Source of the DNA: the human T2T-CHM13v2.0 reference genome, Homo sapiens
Assembly (NCBI RefSeq): GCF_009914755.1
Contig: NC_060925.1
Strand: one strand, 5' to 3'
DNA length: 64,000 nucleotides
Of this stretch, positions 35,222 to 53,480 are shown piece after piece. Position numbers and translations under genes: made by a program. How positions within the stretch are numbered: the stretch's first letter is position 1; the number at the start of each line of letters is the position of its first letter. Under the pieces are notes generated by a model. It saw only the letters and a list, made by a program, of their open reading frames with translations, had not been told where the DNA came from and did no database searches.

Positions 35222-37706
35222 TTTTTTTTTTTTTTTTTTTAATTTTTATTTATTTATTTATTTTTTTTTTTTATTGATCATTCTTGGGTGTTTCTCGCAG
35301 AGGGGGATTTGGCAGGGTCATAGGACAATAGTGGAGGGAAGGTCAGCAGATAAACAAGTGAACAAAGGTCTCTGGTTTTCCTAGGTAGAGGACCCTGCGG
35401 CCTTCCGCAGTGTTTGTGTCCCTGGGTACTTAAGATTAGGGAGTGGTGATGACTCTTAACGAGCATGCTGCCTTCAAGCATCGGTTTAACAAAGCACATC
35501 TTGCACCGCCCTTAATCCATTTAACCCTGAGTGGACACAGCACATGTTTCAGAGAGCACAGGGTTGGGGATAAGGTCACAGATCAACAGGATCCCAAGGC
35601 AGAAGAATTTTTCTTAGTACAGAACAAAATGAAAAGTCTCCCATGTCTACTTCTATCCACACAGACCCGGCACCCATCCGATTTCTCAATTTTTTCCCCA
35701 CCCTTCCCGCCTTTCTATTCCACAAAACCGCCATTGTCACCATGGCCCATCTCCAATGAGCCGCTGGGCACACCTCCCAGACGGGGTCGTGGCCGGGCAG
35801 AGGGGCTCCTCACTTCCCAGTAGGGGCGGCCGGGCAGAAGCGCCCCTCACCTCCCGGATGGGGCGTCTGGCCGGGCGGGGGGCTGACCCCCCCACCACCC
35901 TCCCGGACGGGGCGGCTGGCCAGGCAGAGGGGCTCCTCACTTCCCAGTAGGGGCGGCCGGGCAGAGGCGCCCCTCACCTCCTGGATAGGGCGGCTGGCCG
36001 GGCGGGGGGCTGACCCCCCCACCTCCCTCCCGGACGGGGCGGCTGGCCAACCCCCCCCCCCGCCTCCCTCCCGGACGGGGCGGCTGGCCGGGCAGAGGGG
36101 CTCCTCACTTCCCAGTAGGGGCAGCCGGGCAGAGGCGCCCCTCACCTCCCGGACGGGGCGGCTGGCCAGGCGGGGGGCTGACCCCCCCACCTCCCTCCCG
36201 GACGGGGCGGCTGGCCGGGCAGAGGGGCTCCTCACTTCCCAGTAGGGGCGGCCGGGCAGAGGCGCCCCTCACCTCCCGGACGGGGCGGCTGGCCAGGCGG
36301 GGGGCTGATCCCCCCACCTCCCTCCCGGACGAGGCGGCTGGCCGGGCGGGGGGCTGACCCCCCACCTCCCTCCCGGACTGGGCGGCTGGCCGGGCGGGGG
36401 GCTGACCCCCCCACCTCCCTCCCGGACGGGGCGGCTGGCCGGGCAGAGGGGTCCTCACTTCCCAGTAGGGGCGGCCGGGCAGAGGCGCCCCTCACCTCCC
36501 GGACGGGGCGGCTGGCCAGGCGGGGGGCTGATCCCCCCACCTCCCTCCCGGACGGGGAGCCTGGCCGGGCAGGGGGCTGACCCCCCCTCCCCCCTCCCGG
36601 ACGGGGCGGCTGGCCGGGCGGGGGGCTGACCCCCCACCTCTCTCCCGGACTGGGCGGCTGGCCGGGCGGGGGGCTGACCCCCCCACCTCCCTCCTGGACG
36701 GGGCGACTGGCTGGGCAGAGGGGCTCCTCACTTCCCAGTAGGGGCGGCCGGGCACAGGAGCCCCTCACCTCCCGGACGGGGCGGCTGGCCGGGCGGGGGG
36801 CTGACCCCCCCCCACCTCCCTCCCGGACGGGGTGGCTGCCGGGCGGAGACGCTCCTCACTTCCCAGACGGGGTGGCTGCCGGACGGAGGGGCTCCTCACT
36901 TCTCAGACGGGGCGGTTGCCAGGCAGAGGGTTTCCTCACTTCTCAGACGGGGCGGCCGGGCAGAGACGCTCCTCACCTCCCAGACGGGGTGCGGCCCAGC
37001 AGAGGCGCTCCTCACGTCCCAGACAGGGCGTCGGGGCAGAGGCGCTCCCCACTCAGACGATGGGCGGGTCAGGCAGAGATGCTCCTCACTTCCTAGATGG
37101 GATGGCGGCCGGGCAGAGACGCTCCTCACTTTCCAGACTGGGCAGCCAGGCAGAGGGGCTCCTCACCTCCCAGACGATAGGCGGCCAGGCAGAGACGCTC
37201 CTCACTTCCCAGACGGGGTGGCGGCCGGGCAGAGGCTGCATTCTCGGCACTTTGGGAGGCCAAGGCAGGCGGCTGGGAGGTGTAGGTTGTAGAGAGCTGA
37301 GATCACACCACTGCACTCCAGCCTGGGCACCATTGAGCACTGAGTGAACCAGACTCCGTCTGCAATCCCGGCACCTCGGGAGGCCGAGGCTGGCGGATCA
37401 CTCGCGGTTAGGAGCTGGAGACCAGCCCGGCCAACACAGCGAAACCCCGTCTCCACCAAAAAAAAACGAAAACCAGTCAGGCGTGGCGGCGCGCGCCTGC
37501 AATCACAGGCACTCGGCAGGCTGAGGCAGGAGAATCAGACCGGGAGGTTGCAGTGAGCCGAGATGGCAGCAGTACCGTCCAGCTTTGGCTCCGCATCAGA
37601 GGGAGACCGTGGAAGGAGACCGTGGAGAGGGAGAGGGAGAGGGAGAGGGAGAGGGAGAGGGAGAGGGGTTTTTGTTTTATTTTTAAAGAGGTTTTTTTTT
37701 TTGAGC
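35222..37706 (-). mobile_element. Full-length SVA retrotransposon
   Basis: (CCCTCT)n hexamers at ~37625-37667, Alu-like region ~37240-37600, GC-rich VNTR ~35770-37230, SINE-R ~35273-35770, poly-A 35222-35272. TSD GGGAGGGTTTC at 35211-35221 and 37707-37717. Confidence 0.97.
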
Positions 37707-38172
37707 GGGAGGGTTTCAATAGATTCTGCCCCGCAAGCTTCCCAGCCACCTTTCTCATACCTACAGCTCATGGTGTGTCGCCCTGCCTTAAACCCCACAC
37801 TGGCTCCCCGTGCCCGATGAGAGAGCATTTAGATCCTTCATAACTAAGACTCACCTTCACCCTCACCAGTCCCACCGCCTCCTTGCACGGGAGACCCCAT
37901 CCCTCTGGACCCGGGGCCCTTCCAGGGATAGCCATCACTTGCATACTTGCGACTGCTCTTGCTGTAGGGTCCCCTTTCCCCCTTTGTGAACCTAGCGAAT
38001 TCCTAGACCCTACTTAATTATAATAAAGCAACAGAGGGTAGAAACTGGCACTAAAATGCCGCTTAGCAAAGGTCACAAAGGTGAAAGCCTGCAGAAGTCA
38101 AGCAGGAGAGAGAAATACGGCTGGTGTATCAGGGGCATAAGAAAAACCTGTCTTGCCGGGCGCGGTGGCTCA

Positions 38173-38500
<328 letters not shown>

Positions 38501-38929
38501 TTATGGCATGAAGTACAGTATTTAGAAAGAAAAAAGAAAGGAAAAACCTGTCTAAAGGGCAGGGAGTCCGCTCTTCATTTAGGCCAATATGCTCCTTGGG
38601 AGAAATGTGGGTCTTATGATGCCAGATTTTCTGAATTTATAAGAAAAGCCACAAATCCGGACTTTTATGTGTAATCCATCAATTTTTAAATGTTGATTTG
38701 ATTTTTTAAAAACAGCCGTGAGCCAGATGCATGTCATAAACCCTTAGCGCATTACCTCCACCCTTAGAGAAGAGGATGGCTTTCATTAGGAAAATGCTTT
38801 GGAAAACCAGGGTAAAGGTCTTGAATGTCTGAGAGGCAGCTGTTGTGGAGGCAACAAAGAAGAGAAGGCCAGGCATGGTGGCTCACACCTGTAATCCCAG
38901 TACTTTGGGAGGCCGAGGCGGGCGGATCA

Positions 38930-39247
<318 letters not shown>

Positions 39248-39949
39248 CTACTGAGGGCTCAGAGATTCTACCAGAATCTGGAGGACTGGATTTGGGAAAT
39301 GGGCAGGACCCGAGGGTTCTGGGGAGGGGTGGACAGCAGGAAGCCAGAGAGGGCCAGAATGACAGCAAATGTTTCCTCCTATCCTTGTGCGGACTACATG
39401 AAGGCCAAAGAGGAGCCCTGTAAGGCTTTCACTTGATGATGGTGGTGATGGGGAGATAGGAGAGAAAGCCAAGCCCCCAACCCTGAGGCTTCACACAGTG
39501 GGATAATGCCTGGAAGAGAAATCTGAGAGGTCCTTAGGAAGAGAGAGTGGAATGAATAGCCAAAGGCAAATTTCCTTTACCAGGAGACAGGAGCTGGCTT
39601 GTGGCTGAGGCCGGGGGCTGTGGAGGAAAGTAGAAAAGGCTGTCTTGGAAACTGGGAGTTGTTTTTGTTTTTGTTCACCCTGAGGTTTATAGCTATGATG
39701 TGAATGTCTCTGCCTCCTATCCCTGGAAATATTCAAGAAAGATCTATATTCACGGGGGCTGCCCTGACTGGAGTGTTGGTGGAAACAGCTGAAGGGGCCA
39801 ACTTTTACATCTGTTTTGGTATAGTGCTGACCAAAGATAGTACAGACTGAAGTAGGAACGGGAGCAGGAGAAATAAAGCCTCCCGGGAATTTGCAGTAAT
39901 CCTGGAAAGGGGTTTCGGAATGGGTGCTTGGGTCCATCCTTGGAAACCT

Positions 39950-40278
<329 letters not shown>

Positions 40279-41141
40279 TCAAAGAAAAAAAAAGTTGTAT
40301 ACATTTACTTGTGCAAAACACCGTATTAAATGCTACATACATCTGTTATCCTCACAGTGATTTTTTTTTTTTTTTGAGACAGAATCTTGCTCTCTTGCCC
40401 AGGCTGAAGTGCAGTGGCGCAATCTCGGCTCACTGCAACCTCCGCCTTCTGCGTTCAAGTGATTCTTCCACCTCAGCCTCCCTAGCAGCTGGGATTACAG
40501 GCACTCGCCATCATGTCCGGCTCATTTTTGTATTTTTGTAGAGACAGGGTTTCACCATGTTGCCAGCCTGGTGTTAAAATCCTGACCTCAGGTGATCTGC
40601 CTGCCTTGGCCTCCCAAAGTGCTGGAATTACAGGTGTGAGCCACCTCACCCGGCCCCCCACAGTGATTTATGAGGGAAGTACTATCATCATAACTCCCAC
40701 TTGGCAGATGAAATTAAGGCCCAGAGAGGTGAAGTGACTTACCCAAGGCCACTGAGATAGCAAACAGTGGATTGGATCTGCTCTCCAGACAACTGCCCTA
40801 CATGCCTGTAATTCCAGCACTTTGGGAGGCCTAACGGGGATGATTGCTTGAGGCCAGGAGTTCGAGACCAGCCTGGGCAACACAGCAAGATCCCATCTCC
40901 ATAAAAAAGTAAAAAAAACCTAACTGGGCATGGTAACACGCACCTGTAGTCCTAGCTACTTGAGAGGCTTGGTGGAAGGATCACTTGAGCCCAGGAATTC
41001 AAGGTTGCAGTGAGCAGTGATTGTGCCACCATACTCCAGCCTGGGTGACAGAGTGAGACCCTGACTCAAAAACAAAACAAAAAACCACAATTGCCTCTAA
41101 AATACATCTCTCTAAACTAGCCCTCTTCTCTCTTCTGTCTT

Positions 41142-41153
41142 CTCTCTCTCTCT

Positions 41154-41200
<47 letters not shown>
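41142..41200. repeat. (CT)n/(AC)n compound microsatellite
   Basis: Read directly from the sequence. Confidence 0.93.
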
Positions 41201-41204
<4 letters not shown>

Positions 41205-41690
41205 GGGGTGATGGGATTAATGCTGGTAGAACTGGTTTCTCCATCCTTCAGCATGCCTGGATGTAGTGGTCCTTGCCTCTGCCCCAAAGCCAAAATGACG
41301 GGAAACTTGCATTTAACATCTTGTTAAATATGCCTTAAAAAGAAATCCAGGAGAGTTAACCCAACTGTTAATAGTGATTATCTCTAGGTGATGAAGTTAT
41401 ATGTAATCTCTATTTTCTTATTTTTACTTATTTGCTTAAGTTTTTTTCTGCCATGAATTTATTAAGTTTTGTCATAAGTAAAAATAAATACATAAAATTA
41501 TTCTCTATTTTAATAATTATCTGTGGTCCCACAGATGGAGGTATTTCTATTAAATACTCAGAAGGGAGCCGGGTGCAGTGGCTCACGCCTATAATCCCAG
41601 CACTTTTGAAGGCCAAGGTGGGTGGATCAGTTTAGGTCGGGAGTGGCCAAGATGGTGAAACCCCATCTCTACTAAAAATACAAAAATTAG

Positions 41691-42553
<863 letters not shown>

Positions 42554-43599
42554 TCATCCAGGATTAAAAACAAGAATCACCATTTCTGAAGGATTCCTCT
42601 GAGCCCAGTTCCTTGTTCCTTCATAGCCATTGATATGCATATCTCATTTAATCCTCAAAATCAGTTTAGGAGAAAAATTATTTCACAGCTGAGGAAACCA
42701 AAGATCCTGAGACTTAGAGAGGTTACATTACTTGCCCAGGGACACACAGCTAGAAAGTGATGGAGGCAGGATTTGAATCCAGATCTAAGTGACTTCATAG
42801 TTTGTAAATTTTTAACCTCTGAACTTTGCCCTTCCAGTTGCAAGATGCTGATGCATTCCTGTATTTCCAGCTCTTCACACACAGGCACTCATCGATATTA
42901 GCACTGCCTAGAGAAGCCAGTGAGGTAAAGATCATTGTCCCATTTTCCAGGTGAGAAAATTAAGGCCAGAGAGGGGACTTGCTCAGTGTGGTCAGCTGAG
43001 AAGTAGTGGCATTCCTTCTAGAATCCAGGTCTCCTTTCTTGCCTCTGGCAGCCTTCCTCCTTCCTATACTTTCTGCCAACTGCTGAGGCTTCCGTCTCGA
43101 AACAAATGACTCAAGGTAAATCACTGGTTGGACTTCCCCTTTCTCAAAATACAGGAAGTCTGTGTTGTTTGCAGTCCCTGTGGGTGAACAGTTTCAGCTC
43201 AGTTACGAAGTAGGCTGGGCCACATAGAGGACTGGGTCCTGCTGGGGCAGGGTTCCAGGCTACTGGGGCTGGCACCGCTGCATTTTTCCTTCCTAAGAGT
43301 CATGTCAGTGTGTCTGTCAAGTCAGGCTTGACGTCTTACCCCAAAAAGCCTGCTGTACTATTATGAAATTTAGAAAAATGAGCCCAAGAGGGAGGGGCCC
43401 TGTCAATAATTAATAATAACAACTATTATTTCATGTTTATGGCACATTAACCTTCCTACCAGGCACTGTGCTAAGTGGCTGACACGTGAACCCATTTGAG
43501 CCCCGTAACAGCCCTAGTAATAAGGTTCTATAGCTTTGGAGCCAAATAACACTAGATACAAATCACAGAAATGCCACTTTCCAGCTGTGTGACATCAGG

Positions 43600-44640
<1,041 letters not shown>

Positions 44641-44646
44641 AATAAA

Positions 44647-44686
44647 CCATCCATCCATCCATCCATCCATCCATCCATCCATCCAT
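44647..44686. repeat. (CCAT)10 tetranucleotide repeat
   Basis: Read directly from the sequence. Confidence 0.95.
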
Positions 44687-45281
44687 CTAGTCACAGTTAT
44701 GATAGAATCTTCCCATCATGTAGATGGGAAATAGTAATTTCTCAGGGTAACTCTGGTTACCCTGAGAGTTCTAGTTCAGGACATTAGCAAGAGAGTTAAA
44801 CTGCCTGGGTTCCAGTTCTGGTTCTACTGTTTACTGGTTGTGTGATCTCAGGCAAGTTAAGAAAAAAACCTCTCTGTGCATCAGTTTCCATATCTATCAA
44901 CTGGCAAAATAGTAGTATCATTCTCTAAGGGAGGGTTGTAAGCAGTGTAAACAGCACCAGGGGTATAGTGCTTATGTATGTGTTTTCCCTATGCAGTCTA
45001 GCCATGAGCGTGAGGAATCCACTTCCTTCCTCCTGTACCAGATCCCAAAAGGGCAGAGAGAAGGGCAAGGGGTGCCACGGTGAGTGAGGCTACAGAAAAT
45101 CCCTAATGCGTGCTGCCACATCTGTGCTGTGTGTTGGCAACTGGGGGTGGCCCTAGGGTCTTCACTGAAGTGGCATTCTGGGGATACTGTTCTTGATGTG
45201 TAGCCCCCAGCCTGATCCTCTGGCCTTTTTCTGCTAGACAATCTTTAGTGGAATCTTACTGCTTGCAGTTGAGAAAGTTGA

Positions 45282-45473
<192 letters not shown>

Positions 45474-48317
45474 TAATTTTTGTATTTTTAGTAGAGATGG
45501 GGTTTCACCGTCTTGGCCAGGCTTGTCTCCAACTCCTGACCTCAGGTGATCCGCCTGCCTCGGCCTCCCAAAGTGCTGAGATTGCAAGTGTGAGCCACCA
45601 CGCGTGGCCCTGAATACCTATTCCTATGCCTGATACCTTACATTCATATTTTTATTTTTTTTTGAGATGAAGCTCCGCCTCCCGGGTTCACGCCATTCTC
45701 CTGGCTCAGCCTCCCGAGTAGCTGGGACTACAGGTGTGGCTAATTTTTTGTATTTTTAGTAGAAACGGGGTTTCACCATGTTAGCCAGGATGGTCTCGAT
45801 CTCCTGACCTCGTGATCCGCCCACCTCGGCCTCCCAAAGAGTTGGGATTACAGGCGTGAGCCACTGCGCCTGGCCTACATTCATTATTTCATTAACTCTT
45901 TACACAGACCTGAGAGGCAGACATTAACCCCATTTTACAGATGAAAGAACCAGCTCAGAGAGGTGGAGTAACTTGATCAAGGTCATGTAGCCAATGACTG
46001 GCAGAGCCAGGGTTCAGGCCCAGGGTGATTCCTAAATTGCTCTCTCAATGTGATTAAAGGCCCCAGCAGGATTTTCTCCTCCAGCACTTGCTGTCGGTGA
46101 TGACAGAGCACAGCTCAGCTCAGCCAGAAGGGAGGAAATCGTGTGAATCTCGTCCCTAAGCAAGAAAGAGAAATGGGTCGGGGCAGCCTGGGAGAGTTCT
46201 AGAACCTGGAGGGGAACTGACTGTGCCTAGCCTAGGTAAATGCTTCAAACATGAGGAGTCCTGTCCCTACTGCCCCTAAGACCAGAGACATTTTCTCTCT
46301 GAGGTCTGAGCCCAGCTATCGCTGAATGGCCTGATTCTCATGAAAATGTGGAGATAGAAAACATCTGGGGTGGCTGTGGTTGCCAGGCAACAACCAGCCA
46401 TTCACTCTCTTGCCAGAATCAAGGAGGCTGTCTGATGCTGACAGAGATAGCTGCATCTGAGGCCTGGAGACCTAGATTTTGGTTCTGATTTGCTGTGTGG
46501 TCTGGGCAAGTCCCTGCCTTTCTCTGAGCCTTCATTTCCCATTTTTTATGTAAAGAGCAGTCAGACTTACAAGTGGCAATATGAGCAGGCATCAGATGGT
46601 CAGAATTAGAGTGATAGTGTGGCACAGGCAGAGGACCAGGGCAGGTCATGGGTGAGGGAAGACTCAGTTCTCCTTTCCATCCTGCCCTAGGCTATCCTGA
46701 CTCTGGTTACTAGCTAGGGGCAAGGGACATTTCCTTTCCCACCCTGAGCTAATTCAGGCCACCCAGACTCCATCCCAGGCTCACCCTTGCAGCTCAGAGT
46801 CTAGGAATTGTCTTCATACCCACAAATTAGCACAGCCACCACCTACTTGGCCAACTTTTCCCCATGGGGAATTTCCTCAGTTCCTGCTGAAGTGAAGCTA
46901 CCCAGCTTTGGGTGTTTCCCTGGACACCCATCAGAGGACCTTCTGACAGTTTGCAGAGATTGCATTGATGGTAAACCCTGAGGATGGTGTGTTTCGCAGC
47001 AATCAGCAGAGTTAACATTTTCTATTTCACATCCATTACAAAATATGACAGAAGCTGCCATTTGCTGGGCCTGGCACAGCCTCAAATGCTTTATGTCTGT
47101 AATCTCATTTAATCCTCATACAATCCAGGGGGATAGGAATGTAGGTCCTATTGTACAGATGAGGAAATGGAGCCTCAGAGAGGAGAAGTGATTTGCCCAA
47201 GGTCCCAGTAAATGGTGCAGGCAGGACTCCCACTCAGGGCCACAGTCTGGGGTTTAACCACTACAGGACACTGCTTCCTCACAGTCCCACCAGACAGCAT
47301 CAGAGCTGGAAGGGCTCCACCTGCTCCCAACTTTACAGATGGACAAATCGAGGCCCAGAGGGAAGAAGTGACTGGCCCAAGGTCATGTAACAAGTCAATG
47401 CTAGAGCAGATTCTAGGACTGCTCTGCTAAAAGGCTCACCACACCATTCCAGAAAACAAAAAGTGCCTCAGGCAGAAGCAGTGGATATACCAGAAATCTC
47501 ATTTTAAGAAATCCATAGCATTTCCTAGGAAGTCAAACAGTGCATGAGGTTCACAAGACAAGGATCTTGCAGAGGTTCTTGAGGTTAGGGCAGAGTCCCA
47601 GCATTCCTCTAGGCAGTAAGGGGCCTGTGGGTGTCACTCTTTTGGTCCTACAGATGAAGCTGCAACTCCAGCTACTGGCGGAGGTGATATGTATGTCCAG
47701 AATGTTCTCGACTGCCTTGCCTAGCTAATGCCTACCTGTCTTCAAGTGTTAGTTAGAAGTCACTTCCTCTGGGAAGGCCTCTGTGAACCCCTAAGCTTGC
47801 CCCACTGTAGATTCTCATGGCCCTAGCTCTTTTCCATAAGAGCACTGTCCTCGGTTTGCCCTGTGGACTCACATCAGAGGCACATTTAACTAACACCAGC
47901 TTTACAACTTATCCTCCAACCACCCAACTCCAAAGATGCCACCCCAGAATTTGGTATTATCCTCACAAAACCAAACTCACCTTTTAGCATGCGCTAAGCT
48001 GATAATGCTGAATATAGAAACAGATTGGAGTCACCCCTGCAGATACCAGGAGCACTCCTGAATTCTCTGCTCAATCTCAATGCATCCCTAGAGATGGGGT
48101 CATTTTCTTAAAGGCAGAGAGGCTTCAATGTCCAGGTATCTCAAGACAGCCTTTCCTTCAGTTACTTATTTTAGCATACAAAAGAATTTGAAGATGGAAG
48201 AGGGGACCACCAGCCAAGGAATGCAGCCCAAGAAGCTCGAAAAGTTATGAAAACCAATTCTCATTGAGCATACAAAATAATTGAGCATACAAAAGAATTA
48301 TTGTGCAGTACAGGTAA

Positions 48318-48650
<333 letters not shown>

Positions 48651-48718
48651 TAATTGAGAAAAGGAAGTAACCATTTTAGTTAAACATGAACTTCAGAGTC
48701 AGAAAGATCTTGGTTCAA

Positions 48719-50390
<1,672 letters not shown>

Positions 50391-50559
50391 GATCTGGATT
50401 CAAAGATCTTGGTTCTGCCACTTACTAGTTATAAATAGTAATTTTAACTCTGAGAAGCCTCAGATGATGTTTTTGTTTGGTTTTGCTTTTTTAACTTGGA
50501 AAATGGGGATAACAGAACCTCCATTATAAGGTGGCAGTGACAAATAAATAAGATCATGC

Positions 50560-50720
50560 ATATCAAAGTGTGGTCTCCAGACCAGCTGCATTAACATCAC
50601 CTGTGAAGTAGCCCCACTTCTGACATACTGAATCAGAAACCCTGGGCATGGGGCCCAGCAATCTGTGTTACAACACACCCTCCAGGAATTCTGGTGTAGT
50701 TCAAGTTTGAAAACCACTGA
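50560..50720. mobile_element. MER5A-like hAT MITE
   Basis: TCAAAGTGTGGTC...TACTGAATCAGAAAC...GGGCCCAGCAATCTGTG...CAAGTTTGAAAACCACTG. Confidence 0.75.
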
Positions 50721-52274
50721 TATATATGTAATAAGCCTAGTACCCAATTGGCTTACTATTGACAGTTCTAGTATACTCCCTCTGAGATGTTGAGTTAGGT
50801 AGGTATCTTTTCCCCCTCATGTCCTACAAACACTGTATGTCTTAATATCTGGGTTGTCTGCTAATGCAATCTATCACCCACACAGCTGCCCTTTAATATA
50901 AGGTACTCTTCCCATCTTTCCTTGCATACTTGCAGTAATAGGTAGCTCACTATTTGGCTGGGTAGGGTAAACCGCCTGGTCAAGCCTGTTCATACAGGCA
51001 TGCCAACTGCATATGCACTGTAAAGACCTTCCCCTAAAGGCCTCTTCTCCAAGGTCCCTCAGCTGTGCTTAGGTCTCTCTTTAGCTTCAGGGTAGCTCTC
51101 CTGTATGTCTGAGCCTCAGATAAGCTTGATCAGCCCTGAGGAGCAGGGGAGGTTTCCTTCTCAAATCTGGGACCATGTTTCTACTTGCTTGCCTGGTGTT
51201 TTGGCAGCCACTTCACCCTGCTGACTCACTCTGGTCTGAGGTCACGCAAAACCTCCAAGCCTTTTTCTCAGGAACTACAGGAACTTGCGTCGGCTGGGTC
51301 ACTCCAGTCCTTGATGTGTGCAATTCATTTCTTAAAAATAACATTACTTTCAAATTATGAAAGACGTGCTTGATATAGTAAGTTAGGAAAACACAAAGGG
51401 AAAAAAACCTCACTGGTAATGGTCATCCTAAAATTGACATCTGATTTTCAAAAAAAGGATCCTATATTCTTGTATTCAAGAAAAAAAAAAAACCCACTTA
51501 AGCAATTTCCATTTCTGGGGTAAAGAAAAGAATCAGAGAAAATGAAACTAATGTACTGCAGGAATAATTGTGAATTCCAGCATATATGAACATCTCTTGT
51601 CTCATAATTCAAATGTACATCAATGCATAACAATGTAAACTCATCCCCCCCGAGACTACCATTGCTATTCTTTTGGATATAGCCTCCAGTCCTTTGCAGT
51701 TACCATCCTGTATTTTTTAACTTAACTCTAGGTCTAAATTTAGCACTGAATTTGGAGATAGACAAACCTGGTTCAAATTCTGGCTTTTGTACTTATGAGT
51801 TATACCACTTTGGAAATTCATTTAACCTCCTGAAGCCTCAATTTCCTCATCTGTAAAAGGGGGCTGATAATATCTGCTTTCCAGGTTTGTTGTAAAGATG
51901 GAAATTGAGGGCCAGGTGAGGTGGCTCACGCCTGTAATCCCAGCACTTTGGGAGGCTGAGGTGAGCAGATCAGCTGAGGTCAGGAGTTCGAGACCAGCCT
52001 GGCCAACATGGTGAAACCCCATCTCTACTAAAAATACAAAAATTAGCTGGGAGTGGTGGCGCATGCCTGTAATCCCAGCTACTCGGGAGGCTGAGGCAGG
52101 AGAATCACTTGAACTTGGGAGGCAGAGGATGCATTGAGTGGAGGTCGTGCCACTGCACTCTAGCCTGGGTGACAGAGTGAGAGTTCATCTCAAAAAAAAA
52201 AAAAAAAAAAAGGCCAGGCGTGGTGGCTCACGTCTGTAATCCCAGCACTCTGGGAGGCCAAGGTGGGCAGATCA

Positions 52275-52576
<302 letters not shown>

Positions 52577-53003
52577 TTACCGTTAACTCTTCATCTGGCC
52601 AACTACTGCTCCCTTCTTCCTCCAAGGCAGATGCTGTCCCCCTTTGTATCTTTCCCCACCTTGCTGCTCTCACACATCACATTCCCTCTCTGTCTTGCTG
52701 CTGTCCCATGTCTATCTTTGTGTTATAGCATCAGACACGACACAGTGCCCCTCTACCCTATAAGCTCCTCCAGGGCAGGGCCATGTCCACTTTATTCTTT
52801 TCTGTGTCCCCAGGGTCCAGCAGAAGGCATGACCCAGTGTGGCTGTCAGGTTAGAAGGGGTTGGATAAGAATTTGTGATGGAGGCCGGGTGTTGTGACTC
52901 ATGCCTGTAATCCCAGCACTTTAGGAGGCTGAAGTGGGTGGATCACCTGAGGTCAGGTATTTGAGACCAGCCTGGCCAACATAGCGAAACCCTGTCTCTA
53001 CTA

Positions 53004-53480
<477 letters not shown>

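Noticed and set aside
34466-35277. 258-aa and other ORFs over the second CpG island
   Set aside because: Non-ATG starts, low complexity, no recognisable domain, and they run into the SVA poly-T.
35443-37347. ORFs within the SVA (e.g. MTLNEHAAFKH...)
   Set aside because: Generic SINE-R and VNTR frames shared by many SVA copies, not locus-specific genes.
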